This document shows, one piece after another, positions 1 to 8,063 of a DNA stretch of 55,854 bases. This DNA comes from Desulfobacteraceae bacterium (GTDB lineage: Bacteria; Desulfobacterota; Desulfobacteria; Desulfobacterales; SKZT01). Under the pieces are notes generated by a model, which did no database searches, had not been told where the DNA came from, and was given only the letters and a program-made list of their open reading frames with translations. The position numbers and the translations under genes were made by a program. The stretch is from NCBI GenBank assembly GCA_007127235.1, contig SKZT01000106.1:1-55854 (forward strand), in the 5' to 3' direction. Numbering within the stretch: position 1 is the first letter of the stretch; every line of letters starts with the position of its first letter.

Positions 1-279
1 ATGAGGTGCAATCAAACCGCTCTGGGTAACCCGAACAGGTCCAAGCCGTTTTTCCGAGTCGATGTGATTGACAAAATCAAAATAGTCATTGGCCAGATTG
101 ACGGTGATTTGCAGAAGCAGACTTCCGGCCAGGCAAGCCATGGCAGGAATAAAAGCAAACATCTGGTCGCCCGCAGCTGCGGCAGAGCCTACGGCTACCG
201 GCCCTACTGCGGCCGGAAGGGTTTTCGGGCGGATAGCTATTATCCAGGGGTTTATTTTAAAAAGAGTTCTTTTCGGCAT
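1..279 (-). CDS. menA: 1,4-dihydroxy-2-naphthoate prenyltransferase (UbiA family), N-terminal 93 codons; the gene runs off the left edge of the window
   Basis: Not in the ORF track because no stop lies in the window. My minus-strand translation from ATG at 279 gives MPKRTLFKINPWIIAIRPKTLPAAVGPVAVGSAAAAGDQMFAFIPAMACLAGSLLLQITVNLANDYFDFVNHIDSEKRLGPVRVTQSGLIAPH. The WxxAxRPKTL and NDYFD motifs are typical of MenA/UbiA prenyltransferases. The frame is open to position 1. Confidence 0.7.
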   Translation of the reverse strand, partial: MPKRTLFKINPWIIAIRPKTLPAAVGPVAVGSAAAAGDQMFAFIPAMACLAGSLLLQITVNLANDYFDFVNHIDSEKRLGPVRVTQSGLIAPH

Positions 280-333
280 GTTTAGTTATTTTTTTATGTG
301 CTCAATGATCAAGCTTTATTTTCAGTCCCCTGA

Positions 334-1086
334 TTATTCAACATACATATGCTTGCTCACCTTCAGCTCGATGGCATAGATGGCAAAATAGAGCAGCATT
401 CCCAGAAGCCCCATCCCCATGATACCCGTGTACATTTCGGGATACATCAGCACCTGGTAGGTTTCAATGACGATGTAATATCCCAGGCCCCAGGTGGTCA
501 GGGACTGCTCGGCGATAAAAAGTACTGCCACTGCTGTTCCCACCGATACTCTCAGGGCGGTGAGCACGCCGGGAAGGGAAGCCGGAAGATAGACATAACG
601 AAACAGAGCCCGGCGGCCTGCACCCAAAGACTTTACTGACAAAATCAGTTCCTTTTTAAGGTTTGAGGCTTCATCCCGAACTACCACCAGGATCTGGAAG
701 AAAATAATGATGGCAATCAGCATCACTTTTGAAAAATCGCTGATACCGATTACCACATAGATAACCGGGAGAAATATAATCTTTGGAATCGGGTATATTA
801 TGGCAATCAGGGGACTGGCGATGCTATCGATTCTGGGCATCTGACCCAGGGCAAGGCCGAGGGGGGCGGCAAAAACCGTGGCGACAAAAATTGCGGCCAG
901 AACCCGGGTAAAAGAGGCAAGAAAGTGAAGTCCCAGCTCTGCGGTCATATTGTTTAAAAACAGCGGCACTACCACCACCGGCGATGGCAAAATGGGGCGA
1001 TTGACAGCCAGGGCCGCCAGTTGCCACAGGCCGAAAAACATGATGGTTCCAGATAAAGTGCTAAGAAAGGTGGCTTTTTTCTTCAT
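334..1086 (-). CDS. ABC transporter permease, NitT/TauT (SsuC/TauC-like) family
   Basis: 250-aa polytopic membrane protein with a BPD-transporter-like core. It sits immediately downstream of the ATPase and binding protein on the same strand. Confidence 0.85.
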   Translation of the reverse strand: MKKKATFLSTLSGTIMFFGLWQLAALAVNRPILPSPVVVVPLFLNNMTAELGLHFLASFTRVLAAIFVATVFAAPLGLALGQMPRIDSIASPLIAIIYPIPKIIFLPVIYVVIGISDFSKVMLIAIIIFFQILVVVRDEASNLKKELILSVKSLGAGRRALFRYVYLPASLPGVLTALRVSVGTAVAVLFIAEQSLTTWGLGYYIVIETYQVLMYPEMYTGIMGMGLLGMLLYFAIYAIELKVSKHMYVE

Positions 1087-1092
1087 TTCCGG

Positions 1093-1896
1093 TCAATGCT
1101 CTTTCAAAGGAGGACTATTGGCACAGACCGCAAGAAGCTCCCGAATTTGTGAGCATTTCATGATAAAATCCGGATCTGAACGTTTACCCACCGCTCCCGA
1201 AAGGTCATTGGGGACAATTTTTGGAAACCGGTTGCAGCAGTTGTCAAGAACAAGAATTTTTTCCCCGAGAACCACTGCCTCTTCGATATCGTGGGTGACA
1301 ATAAGGGAGGTCATCTTTGATTGCTGGTGAAATTGGAACATCACCTTCTGCAGCTCTTCTCTGATGGGAGCATCAAGAGCTGAAAAAGGCTCATCCATCA
1401 GCAGAAGGTCAGGTTCAAGAACCAATGTTCTTGCGATTGCTGCACGTTGTCTTTGACCTCGGGACAGCTGCGCCGGATACATATTCTGCAGGCGACCGAT
1501 ACCCAGCCAGTTGAGCCAGTAATCAATACGCTCCTTATTCTTTTTTTCATCCATCTGCATATCAGCCGGGCTGTGTTTGCCATCAGGGCCGTAAAATTTT
1601 CGTATTTTGAGTCCCAGGCGGGTATTATCAAGTACGGTTGCCCACGGCAGAAGACCATGATCCTGAAGAACCAGGCCGGTGGATGGTCTCGGGCGGGTGA
1701 TTTTTTCACTATTGATGCGAATTTCTCCTCCGGTGGGCTTGTTCAATCCGGCAATAAGATACAGCAGGGTAGTTTTGCCACAGCCGGATGGACCTATAAC
1801 GGTCCAGGCTTCCCCTTTTTCAACGGTAAAAGAAAAATCGGCAAAGAGGCAGGATGCTTCGCCATACCCGAAATAAAGATTTTGTACCTCAATCAT
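1093..1896 (-). CDS. ABC transporter ATP-binding protein, NitT/TauT (SsuB/TauB-like) family
   Basis: Walker A GPSGCGKTT, signature LSRGQRQR and Walker B LLLMDEPFSALD. Confidence 0.9.
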   Translation of the reverse strand: MIEVQNLYFGYGEASCLFADFSFTVEKGEAWTVIGPSGCGKTTLLYLIAGLNKPTGGEIRINSEKITRPRPSTGLVLQDHGLLPWATVLDNTRLGLKIRKFYGPDGKHSPADMQMDEKKNKERIDYWLNWLGIGRLQNMYPAQLSRGQRQRAAIARTLVLEPDLLLMDEPFSALDAPIREELQKVMFQFHQQSKMTSLIVTHDIEEAVVLGEKILVLDNCCNRFPKIVPNDLSGAVGKRSDPDFIMKCSQIRELLAVCANSPPLKEH

Positions 1897-1908
1897 GAAA
1901 CCGCATTT

Positions 1909-2865
1909 TCATTGTGGAAGAAATTCCGGCGTGACACTGTCTTCATAGGCCAGGGGGGCATCAAGAAGCTTTTTGTCGACCATCCACGTCATAACATCCT
2001 CCCACTGGACCCTTGTGGGAAGCGCCTTTCTCGGAAAGGGCGGAACCTGAAAATCCGCCTCAACATTTTTGGGTACCCGGATATTTTTGAGCAGGATCTT
2101 CCGGAATTTATCGGGATTTCTGTTGATCTCGACCACTGCTTTGTCCCACGCAACCATAAAGTCTCTTATGGCTGCTGCCTTTTTTTCCAGAGAATCATTG
2201 GAAAAGGTGATCACACTGGCGCTCAAATTGCCCAGGGCCGCATCATTTATGATTTCCACAGCTCCTTGACGGATAGCACTTGTGGCCAGCGGATCGGGAA
2301 GAGTCACGGCTCCAAGTCGTCCGGAGAGCAGCAAATTCAGACGCTCGGGCAAAACCGGCACCGACCTGTAAACAATTGCCTCTGCCGCCATGTCCTCCGA
2401 TGAGAGCAGCCGGGTGGTGATGTATTCAATGACGGTGTTTTGGGATATTCCGATGGGAATACCCTCCAAATCGGAGACTGTTCGCAGGTTGGCGCCCGGA
2501 GCCCCGAGAACCCTGAACAGAGGTGAGTTATCAATGGGAAAGCGAGCAATGGAGATGATTTTCACCCGGTTTTGGAGTCTGTTGAAACTGGCGGCCCCGG
2601 AAATTTCATTGATCATCCCGTCAATTCTTTCTGCCTGCATCAGCTGGTCGCGTTCCAGGGCACTTCCTACCCGAAGAATATCGACGTCTATTGCGAGTTG
2701 GGCAAAGTACCCTTTATCCCTGGCTGCATATACCGGCAGGACATCCGGCACGGGAAGAAGTGCCACGCGAAGGGATCTGCTGTTGTTTTCGGCAAATACC
2801 GGGCCACTCCCATGGCAAAGGAGCAGAGTAGCGAATAAAAAGAAAGAGAATATTTTTGTGACCAT
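1909..2865 (-). CDS. ABC transporter periplasmic substrate-binding protein, NMT1/THI5-like; substrate unknown
   Basis: N-terminal signal peptide (MVTKIFSFFLFATLLLCHGSGPVFA), 318 aa, first gene of the three-gene transporter operon. No clear Shine-Dalgarno upstream of the ATG. Confidence 0.8.
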   Translation of the reverse strand: MVTKIFSFFLFATLLLCHGSGPVFAENNSRSLRVALLPVPDVLPVYAARDKGYFAQLAIDVDILRVGSALERDQLMQAERIDGMINEISGAASFNRLQNRVKIISIARFPIDNSPLFRVLGAPGANLRTVSDLEGIPIGISQNTVIEYITTRLLSSEDMAAEAIVYRSVPVLPERLNLLLSGRLGAVTLPDPLATSAIRQGAVEIINDAALGNLSASVITFSNDSLEKKAAAIRDFMVAWDKAVVEINRNPDKFRKILLKNIRVPKNVEADFQVPPFPRKALPTRVQWEDVMTWMVDKKLLDAPLAYEDSVTPEFLPQ

Positions 2866-2982
2866 GTTTGAATTTTCGGATTTTTCACGTTGATATTTTT
2901 CATGATGAGCTCAGACGGAAGGCGGCCAACTAATACCGGAGCATTGGCTTTTTTTCACTTCGCCAGAACCTTTAATCCAAAA

Positions 2983-3011
2983 TCTATAAATGGGAACTTG
3001 CGTTCTGTCAA
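2983..3011 (-). promoter_or_regulatory. Candidate sigma-70 promoter for the ABC importer operon
   Basis: On the minus strand: TTGACA (3011-3006), a 17-nt spacer, then TATAGA (2988-2983). This implies a 5' UTR of roughly 110 nt before the ATG at 2865. Confidence 0.4.
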
Positions 3012-3415
3012 TGAAAATACCCACACTTCAGGATTTTTGATCTCTGGAAAATTGCTGGTTATAACGGATTTGGGGGGATGGGTACCCATTTGTTTTTCAG
3101 GTGAACCGGCTTGCAGCCGGTCAGGCGAAAGTACAACTTTCCCACTCCGGTTTTACGGATTTTTGGTTCATTTCACACCAGCACCATCTTCGATGGGGCC
3201 TCTTGTACTCATTGCGGACATCATAGTGGTAAAGGCCGGGATGCTTCGGATAGTCAATTCATTTTGAAATGGGATTTATGGTGGCTCAACAGAAAGGGTA
3301 ACCAGCGACTCCCGGTTGGTCTAATAAATGGCCGCACTGCTCGGCATCTGGTTGACCGAACGGAAAATTTTTCGCAAACTCAAATATACATTTTTTTTAA
3401 CACAAAAAACGATAA

Positions 3416-3563
3416 GTTCAAAATTTTGAACCTATTGCCTTTCGGGGTATATTTAATAAAAAACAAATAGTTATGGATGTTTTTCCATTTCGTGATTAAA
3501 AATTTTGAACTTTCGGATGGGTTTTATTTTGTTTGTGGGGGTCGGTGGGATGGTTCTGTGAAC
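3416..3563. promoter_or_regulatory. Three related inverted-repeat sites; candidate enhancer-binding-protein UAS
   Basis: GTTCAAAATTTTGAAC (3416-3431) is a perfect 16-nt palindrome. GATTAAAAATTTTGAAC (3494-3510) and GTTCTGTGAAC (3553-3563) are related sites. Their centres lie about 216, 138 and 82 bp upstream of the -24 GG. A long A/T tract (3591-3620) lies between them and the promoter. Confidence 0.35.
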
Positions 3564-3637
3564 TTTGTCTTGATATAACCTTTTGAAATTAATAGAAAAA
3601 ATTTTTTTTGTTTTTTTTGTTAAGTTAAAGAGGTGTT

Positions 3638-3653
3638 TGGCAAATAAATTGCA
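3638..3653 (+). promoter_or_regulatory. Sigma-54 (RpoN) -24/-12 promoter candidate
   Basis: TGGCAAATAAATTGCA compared with consensus TGGCACG-N4-TTGCW. The invariant GG and GC are present at exactly the consensus spacing, and both the TGGCA and TTGCA blocks are intact. Confidence 0.5.
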
Positions 3654-3663
3654 ATAGCAATGA

Positions 3664-3742
3664 ATAAACCTACTCCTTTCTTCATCTGTTTTTCTCCTTA
3701 ATGGCCGATCAGGCACGAAGCTTGATCGGCCATTTTGTTTTT
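3664..3742 (+). ncRNA. Candidate small RNA of about 80 nt (sigma-54 promoter to intrinsic terminator)
   Basis: The predicted start is about 11-13 nt downstream of the -12 element. The 5' portion is CU-rich (CUACUCCUUUCUUCAUCUGUUUUUCUCCUU) and contains two CUCCUU anti-Shine-Dalgarno-like motifs. The 3' end is a perfect 12-bp hairpin followed by a U-tract. The only plus-strand ORF is 13 codons and has no Shine-Dalgarno. Confidence 0.4.
3700..3742 (+). terminator. Rho-independent terminator
   Basis: AATGGCCGATCA (3700-3711) pairs perfectly with TGATCGGCCATT (3723-3734) and is followed by TTTTGTTTTT. The T-run is present only on the plus-strand reading. Confidence 0.6.
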
Positions 3743-3985
3743 CAAGGAAATTAAATAAAAAAAGTCTCATCTGGATGGTGAGGATTATTAAAGGATTGAC
3801 CTGAAAATTCATTTCGCTTATGAATGAAGACTCGGGCGCCAAGGGAATCTTTTTAGCGCTATCCATTTTGGTGGGTATCTCTCCGGTTGGCGGCTATATT
3901 TCCGGCATTTTGCCGGAGTGATGGATATTTACAGGAAAAAAAGCTCGGATTGAGCATATGGCAATTTTAATGGTGGTTTGGTTCA

Positions 3986-4456
3986 ATGAAAGATAGAAAA
4001 AGAGATAATGATCAACAAAAGCAGGCGGAAAATGATGATCCTGTGTATAATTTCTGGCAGGATCATTCGGAGAAGTTTTTGAAAATGGCATTAAGGGTGG
4101 ATTATCGTGAGAGAATTGCCTATCCTGATGCTCATGGTAAAAGAACCGGGGATTGTGGAGATACTGTGGAATTTTTCCTGATGTTTGAGCATAATCGTAT
4201 CAAGACAATCACCTTTGATGTCCACGGGTGCATTAATACAAATGCGTGTGCAAATGCTGTGGTGGAATTGACAAGGGGTAAATCACTGGACGAGGCCTGG
4301 AAAATGAAACCGGAGGATATCGCATTTTTTCTGGAATCACTTCCGCCAGATCACAGGCACTGTGCGGAGTTGGCGGCCGGTGCTTTTTATCTTGCCTTGG
4401 CCAATTACCGGGAATTAAAAAAAAATCCATGGAAAAAAATGTATTTCGCAAGGTGA
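3986..4456 (+). CDS. NifU/IscU N-terminal-domain Fe-S cluster scaffold-like protein
   Basis: The three cysteines are spaced as in IscU: GDCGD, HGCINTNAC and HCAELA. Confidence 0.8.
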   Translation: MKDRKRDNDQQKQAENDDPVYNFWQDHSEKFLKMALRVDYRERIAYPDAHGKRTGDCGDTVEFFLMFEHNRIKTITFDVHGCINTNACANAVVELTRGKSLDEAWKMKPEDIAFFLESLPPDHRHCAELAAGAFYLALANYRELKKNPWKKMYFAR

Positions 4457-4528
4457 GATTTAGGGGCGCTGCAGAAAGAATTATTTCTTGTTATCGCAGC
4501 TAAAGTTTGATGTTTTTTTGTTTTATTG

Positions 4529-4557
4529 TTGACATCAAAATCCAATTTGATTATAGG
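4529..4557 (+). promoter_or_regulatory. Candidate sigma-70 promoter upstream of the RsbRD_N gene and dsrMKJOP
   Basis: TTGACA (4529-4534), a 17-nt spacer, then TATAGG (4552-4557). The spacer carries the inverted repeat ATCAAA-N6-TTTGAT, a possible operator. Confidence 0.4.
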
Positions 4558-4670
4558 TTGCCCCGTAGATTGTTGTTGTAAAATTTGGAGTCAAAGTAAA
4601 AAAAACAGGCGTTTGATGGTCAAGTATTTTGCAAATTATTTAGTTTAATGGCATGGGGGATTAAAAACTT

Positions 4671-5204
4671 TTGGGCACCTCGTTTAAACAGTTGTTGAGC
4701 CAAAAACGTTCGTTAATATTGAAAGAATGGTTCTACCTGGTTGTGGAAACTTACCCGGAAGAAACCGCCAAATTCCTGAAGCGTCAAAGCGACCCTTTTA
4801 GCAACCCGGTAGGACGAACAGTTCACAAGGGTGTGGGAGACCTCTTTGATGAGCTGATGCTGGGTCTGGATCATGAAAAAGCCCATGCTTGCCTTGATTC
4901 CATGATCAGAATCAGGGCCCTTCAGAATTTTACCCCATCCGAAGCTGTTGGCTTTGTTTTTTCCCTGAAAACGGTGATTCAAAAAGTATTAGGCCGGGAT
5001 ATTGCGGAGAAAGGCTTGTCCGAACAGGTTCATGAGTTTGAGTCCAAAATCGATGAGCTGAGCTTGATAGCTTTTGATATTTATGTGAAATGCCGTGAGA
5101 AAATTTACGAAATTAAGGCAAATGAATTTAGAAACCGCCATTATAGTGCTTTTAGGCGGGCGGGTTTGATTTCTGAGGTTTCGGATGATCCGTTCCTCAA
5201 ATAA
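4671..5204 (+). CDS. RsbRD N-terminal-domain-like protein of unknown function
   Basis: 177-aa soluble helical protein (SLILKEWFYLVVETYPEETAKFLKRQSDPFSNPVG...). I recognise it as the RsbRD_N family. It has a TTG start, so the start is uncertain. Confidence 0.6.
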   Translation: MGTSFKQLLSQKRSLILKEWFYLVVETYPEETAKFLKRQSDPFSNPVGRTVHKGVGDLFDELMLGLDHEKAHACLDSMIRIRALQNFTPSEAVGFVFSLKTVIQKVLGRDIAEKGLSEQVHEFESKIDELSLIAFDIYVKCREKIYEIKANEFRNRHYSAFRRAGLISEVSDDPFLK

Positions 5205-5392
5205 CAATTAATGTTACGAGGCTTTCGTGTATTTCGGGAGGGACAGTTTTGCATATCCCAAAAATTTCAGGTTGGTTTTCCAGGCATAATTGATCCCGGG
5301 ATTTATGCCGGTGGATAAATCATGTGGAATTTTTAGTATTTGCCCAATTGGATCCTCGTGTGCGCCGAAGCCGAAAAGTGAGGTAATGGTCA

Positions 5393-6430
5393 ATGAATGC
5401 GAATTACATGTATTCCCTCATAGCGGTCATCATTCTCTTGCTGTTAGCCTATGTGGGCGTTGCAGGAATGCACCTTGAGGTGCTGTTTGGAGTCATTATT
5501 CCATATGCCGCCATTGCGATTTTTATTGGTGGGTTTATCTACAAGGTGGTGGACTGGGCAAAATCACCTGTTCCGTTTCCCATAACAACCACTGCCGGAC
5601 AGCAAGCATCTTTACCCATGGTTTCCCCGGCTTTGATCGATAATCCCAAAAACAAAACCGGAGTGGTGATAAGGATGTTGCTCGATATTCTTCTTTTTCG
5701 CTCCCTTTTTCGAAATACCAGGTTTGAGGTCCGGGATACGAATAAATTTTCCTACGAACTGGAAAAATGGCTTTGGCTTTTTGCTCTGATATTTCACTAT
5801 GCTTTTTTGACGGTTGTTGTTCGTCATCTGCGGTTTTTTACTGAACCAGTCCTCTTACCGGTGCAGTTGCTTGAAAAACTCGATAGTTTTTTTCAGGTTG
5901 GTCTTCCGGTGTTATATCTGTCCGGTGTAGCCCTTTTGGCTGCCAGCATCTATCTTTTTCTCAGACGTGTGTTCATACCGCAAATGCGATACATTTCACT
6001 TCCTGCCGATTATTTCCCTCTTTTTCTGATAATGGGAATAGCGGGATCAGGGCTTTTAATGCGTTATTTTGCCAAAGTTGATATTGTAAGTGCCAAAGAA
6101 CTTACCATGGGCCTGGTGACACTCAGGCCGACGATACCTGAAGGAATCGGTGCTATTTTCTACGTACATTTATTTCTTGTGTGTGTGCTTCTGGCATATT
6201 TTCCTTTCAGTAAGTTAATGCATCTTGGCGGTATATTTTTCAGTCCTACCAGAAATATGCCGGGAAATAACCGGGAAGTAAGACATGCAAATCCGTGGAA
6301 TTATCCTGTGAAAATTCACACTTATGAAGATTATGAGGATGAGTTCAGGGAAAAAATGATCGAGGCAGGACTCCCAGTGGAGAAAATGCCGGAACCCAAA
6401 GAAAACCTTGAGGAAGGAAAAAAGGAGTAG
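5393..6430 (+). CDS. dsrM: DsrM, membrane dihaem b (NarI-like) subunit of the DsrMKJOP complex
   Basis: 345-aa polytopic membrane protein directly upstream of dsrK, in the canonical M-K-J-O-P order. Confidence 0.9.
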   Translation: MNANYMYSLIAVIILLLLAYVGVAGMHLEVLFGVIIPYAAIAIFIGGFIYKVVDWAKSPVPFPITTTAGQQASLPMVSPALIDNPKNKTGVVIRMLLDILLFRSLFRNTRFEVRDTNKFSYELEKWLWLFALIFHYAFLTVVVRHLRFFTEPVLLPVQLLEKLDSFFQVGLPVLYLSGVALLAASIYLFLRRVFIPQMRYISLPADYFPLFLIMGIAGSGLLMRYFAKVDIVSAKELTMGLVTLRPTIPEGIGAIFYVHLFLVCVLLAYFPFSKLMHLGGIFFSPTRNMPGNNREVRHANPWNYPVKIHTYEDYEDEFREKMIEAGLPVEKMPEPKENLEEGKKE

Positions 6431-6434
6431 ATAA

Positions 6435-8063
6435 ATGGCAGATGAACTTCCGAAATCAGAAAAATTAATCGACGTAGATTACAGCCCGCCTTCAAGAGGG
6501 TGGATGGACACGCCGGTGAAAATCAGGAAAGGCATGTACTGCTATGCAGGCAATCCTAAAAGCCTGGAGCTGCTCGGTGCTCCTAATCCCAGACAATGGA
6601 ATCCACTCGATGAGGACTGGAAGTTGCCGGATAATTGGAAGGAGATTGTTTTTGAGGGACTCAGGGAAAGAATAGACAAATTCCGAAGCTTCAAAGTATT
6701 CATGGACATATGCGTTCGTTGCGGGGCTTGTTCGGATAAATGCCACTTCTTTATCGGATCCGGTGACCCTAAGAACATGCCTGTCCTTAGAGCAGAGCTG
6801 ATTCGCTCGGTATACCGGAACGATTTTACAAAAGCCGGTAAAATATTGGGACGCCTGGCCGGTGCAAGGCCCATGACTCTCGATGTTTTGAAGGAATGGT
6901 GGTATTACCTGTTTCAGTGCTCTGAGTGCCGCCGCTGTTCTTTATATTGTCCTTATGGCATCGATACTGCGGAAATTACGATTATCGGCCGTGAAATTCT
7001 GAACCTGCTGGGGTTAAACATCGACTGGATTGCCACACCGGTAGCCAACTGCTATCGAACAGGAAACCACCTGGGAATCCAGCCTCATGCATTCAAGGAC
7101 ATGATGGAATTTTTCGTGGACGATATCGAGGAAATAACCGGTGTCCGGGTTGAGCCCTCATTTAACAGAAAAGGGGCTGAAATTCTCTTTATTACCCCAT
7201 CGGGCGATGTTTTTGCAGACCCCGGAACGTATACGGCCATGGGGTATTTGATGCTTTTTCATTACTTAAAGGATCTGGGACTGGATATTACCTGGAGTAC
7301 CTATGGTTCAGAGGGCGGTAATTTTGGCTTTTTTACTTCCCACGAAACCATGAAACGCCTTAATGCCAAAATGTACTACGAAGCCAAAAGACTTGGTGTC
7401 AAATGGATATTGGGCGGCGAATGCGGGCATATGTGGAGAGTTATTCACCAGTATATGGACACCATGAACGGACCAGCTGATTTCCTTGAAGAACCTGTAA
7501 ATCCTATCACGGGTACCCGTTTTACCAATGCAAAAAGCACTAAAATGGTTCATATCGCTGAATTTACCGCTGATTTGATTTATCACAATAAGCTGAACCT
7601 GGATCCAAGCAGAAATGACAATCTGAGAGTCACTTTCCATGATTCATGTAATCCATCCAGAGGGATGGGATTATTAGACGAGCCCAGATATGTGATCCAG
7701 AATGTTTGCAAAAATTTCTATGAAATGCCGGCCAATACCATAAGAGAGCAGACTTTTTGCTGTGGAAGCGGATCTGGGCTAAACGCCGGCGAGAACATGG
7801 AGCTGAGGATGATGGGCGGTATGCCCAGGGCCAACGCCGTTAAGTTTGTAAAAGAAAAGTATGATGTCAACATGCTTGCCTGCGTGTGTGCCATTGACAG
7901 GGCTGCCCTTCCGGCGCTTATGGACTATTACCATCCGGAAGTGGATGTAACCGGGCTTCATGAAATGGTTGCCAATGCTTTGATACTGCCCGGTGAGAAA
8001 AAGAGAACCACCAATTTACGCGGGGAGCCCCTGCTAGGGATGGAGGATGAAGATGCCGAATAA
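6435..8063 (+). CDS. dsrK: DsrK, HdrD-like catalytic Fe-S subunit with CCG domains
   Basis: Ferredoxin-type motifs CVRCGACSDKC and CSECRRCSLYCP, plus CCG-domain motifs (HDSCNP, FCCGSGSG). Confidence 0.95.
   Translation: MADELPKSEKLIDVDYSPPSRGWMDTPVKIRKGMYCYAGNPKSLELLGAPNPRQWNPLDEDWKLPDNWKEIVFEGLRERIDKFRSFKVFMDICVRCGACSDKCHFFIGSGDPKNMPVLRAELIRSVYRNDFTKAGKILGRLAGARPMTLDVLKEWWYYLFQCSECRRCSLYCPYGIDTAEITIIGREILNLLGLNIDWIATPVANCYRTGNHLGIQPHAFKDMMEFFVDDIEEITGVRVEPSFNRKGAEILFITPSGDVFADPGTYTAMGYLMLFHYLKDLGLDITWSTYGSEGGNFGFFTSHETMKRLNAKMYYEAKRLGVKWILGGECGHMWRVIHQYMDTMNGPADFLEEPVNPITGTRFTNAKSTKMVHIAEFTADLIYHNKLNLDPSRNDNLRVTFHDSCNPSRGMGLLDEPRYVIQNVCKNFYEMPANTIREQTFCCGSGSGLNAGENMELRMMGGMPRANAVKFVKEKYDVNMLACVCAIDRAALPALMDYYHPEVDVTGLHEMVANALILPGEKKRTTNLRGEPLLGMEDEDAE

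Noticed and set aside
1-379. Plus-strand ORFs 1-285 and 89-379 from the ORF track
   Set aside because: The opposite strand encodes a clean MenA/UbiA N-terminus with family motifs. The plus-strand translations are Arg/Gly/Ala-rich antisense artefacts.
1447-2403. 318-aa plus-strand ORF antisense to the ABC ATPase and binding-protein genes
   Set aside because: It spans an intergenic junction of two well-supported minus-strand genes and has no recognisable motifs. It is a shadow ORF.
2866-3300. Possible TPP, cobalamin or other riboswitch in the leader of the NMT1/THI5-like ABC importer
   Set aside because: I looked on the minus strand for CUGAGA plus ACCUGAUCUGG (TPP), for B12-box/GGUGnGAA...CCCGC.ACUGU (cobalamin), and for SAM, ZTP, guanidine and Moco cores. 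Only fragmentary resemblances appeared (for example CUGAGC and GGTGAACCGG). The predicted sigma-70 promoter at 2983-3011 would leave only about 110 nt of leader.
3660-3701. 13-codon plus-strand ORF (MNKPTPFFICFSP) inside the candidate sRNA
   Set aside because: It has no Shine-Dalgarno and would start at or before the predicted transcript 5' end. It is most likely a coincidental ORF, although a leader peptide cannot be excluded.
3471-3866. 131-aa minus-strand ORF spanning the AT-rich spacer
   Set aside because: The translation is low-complexity, K/F/I/N-rich and driven by AT richness, with no Shine-Dalgarno. It runs straight through the palindrome array, the sigma-54 motif and the terminator hairpin. 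Regulatory DNA explains it better.
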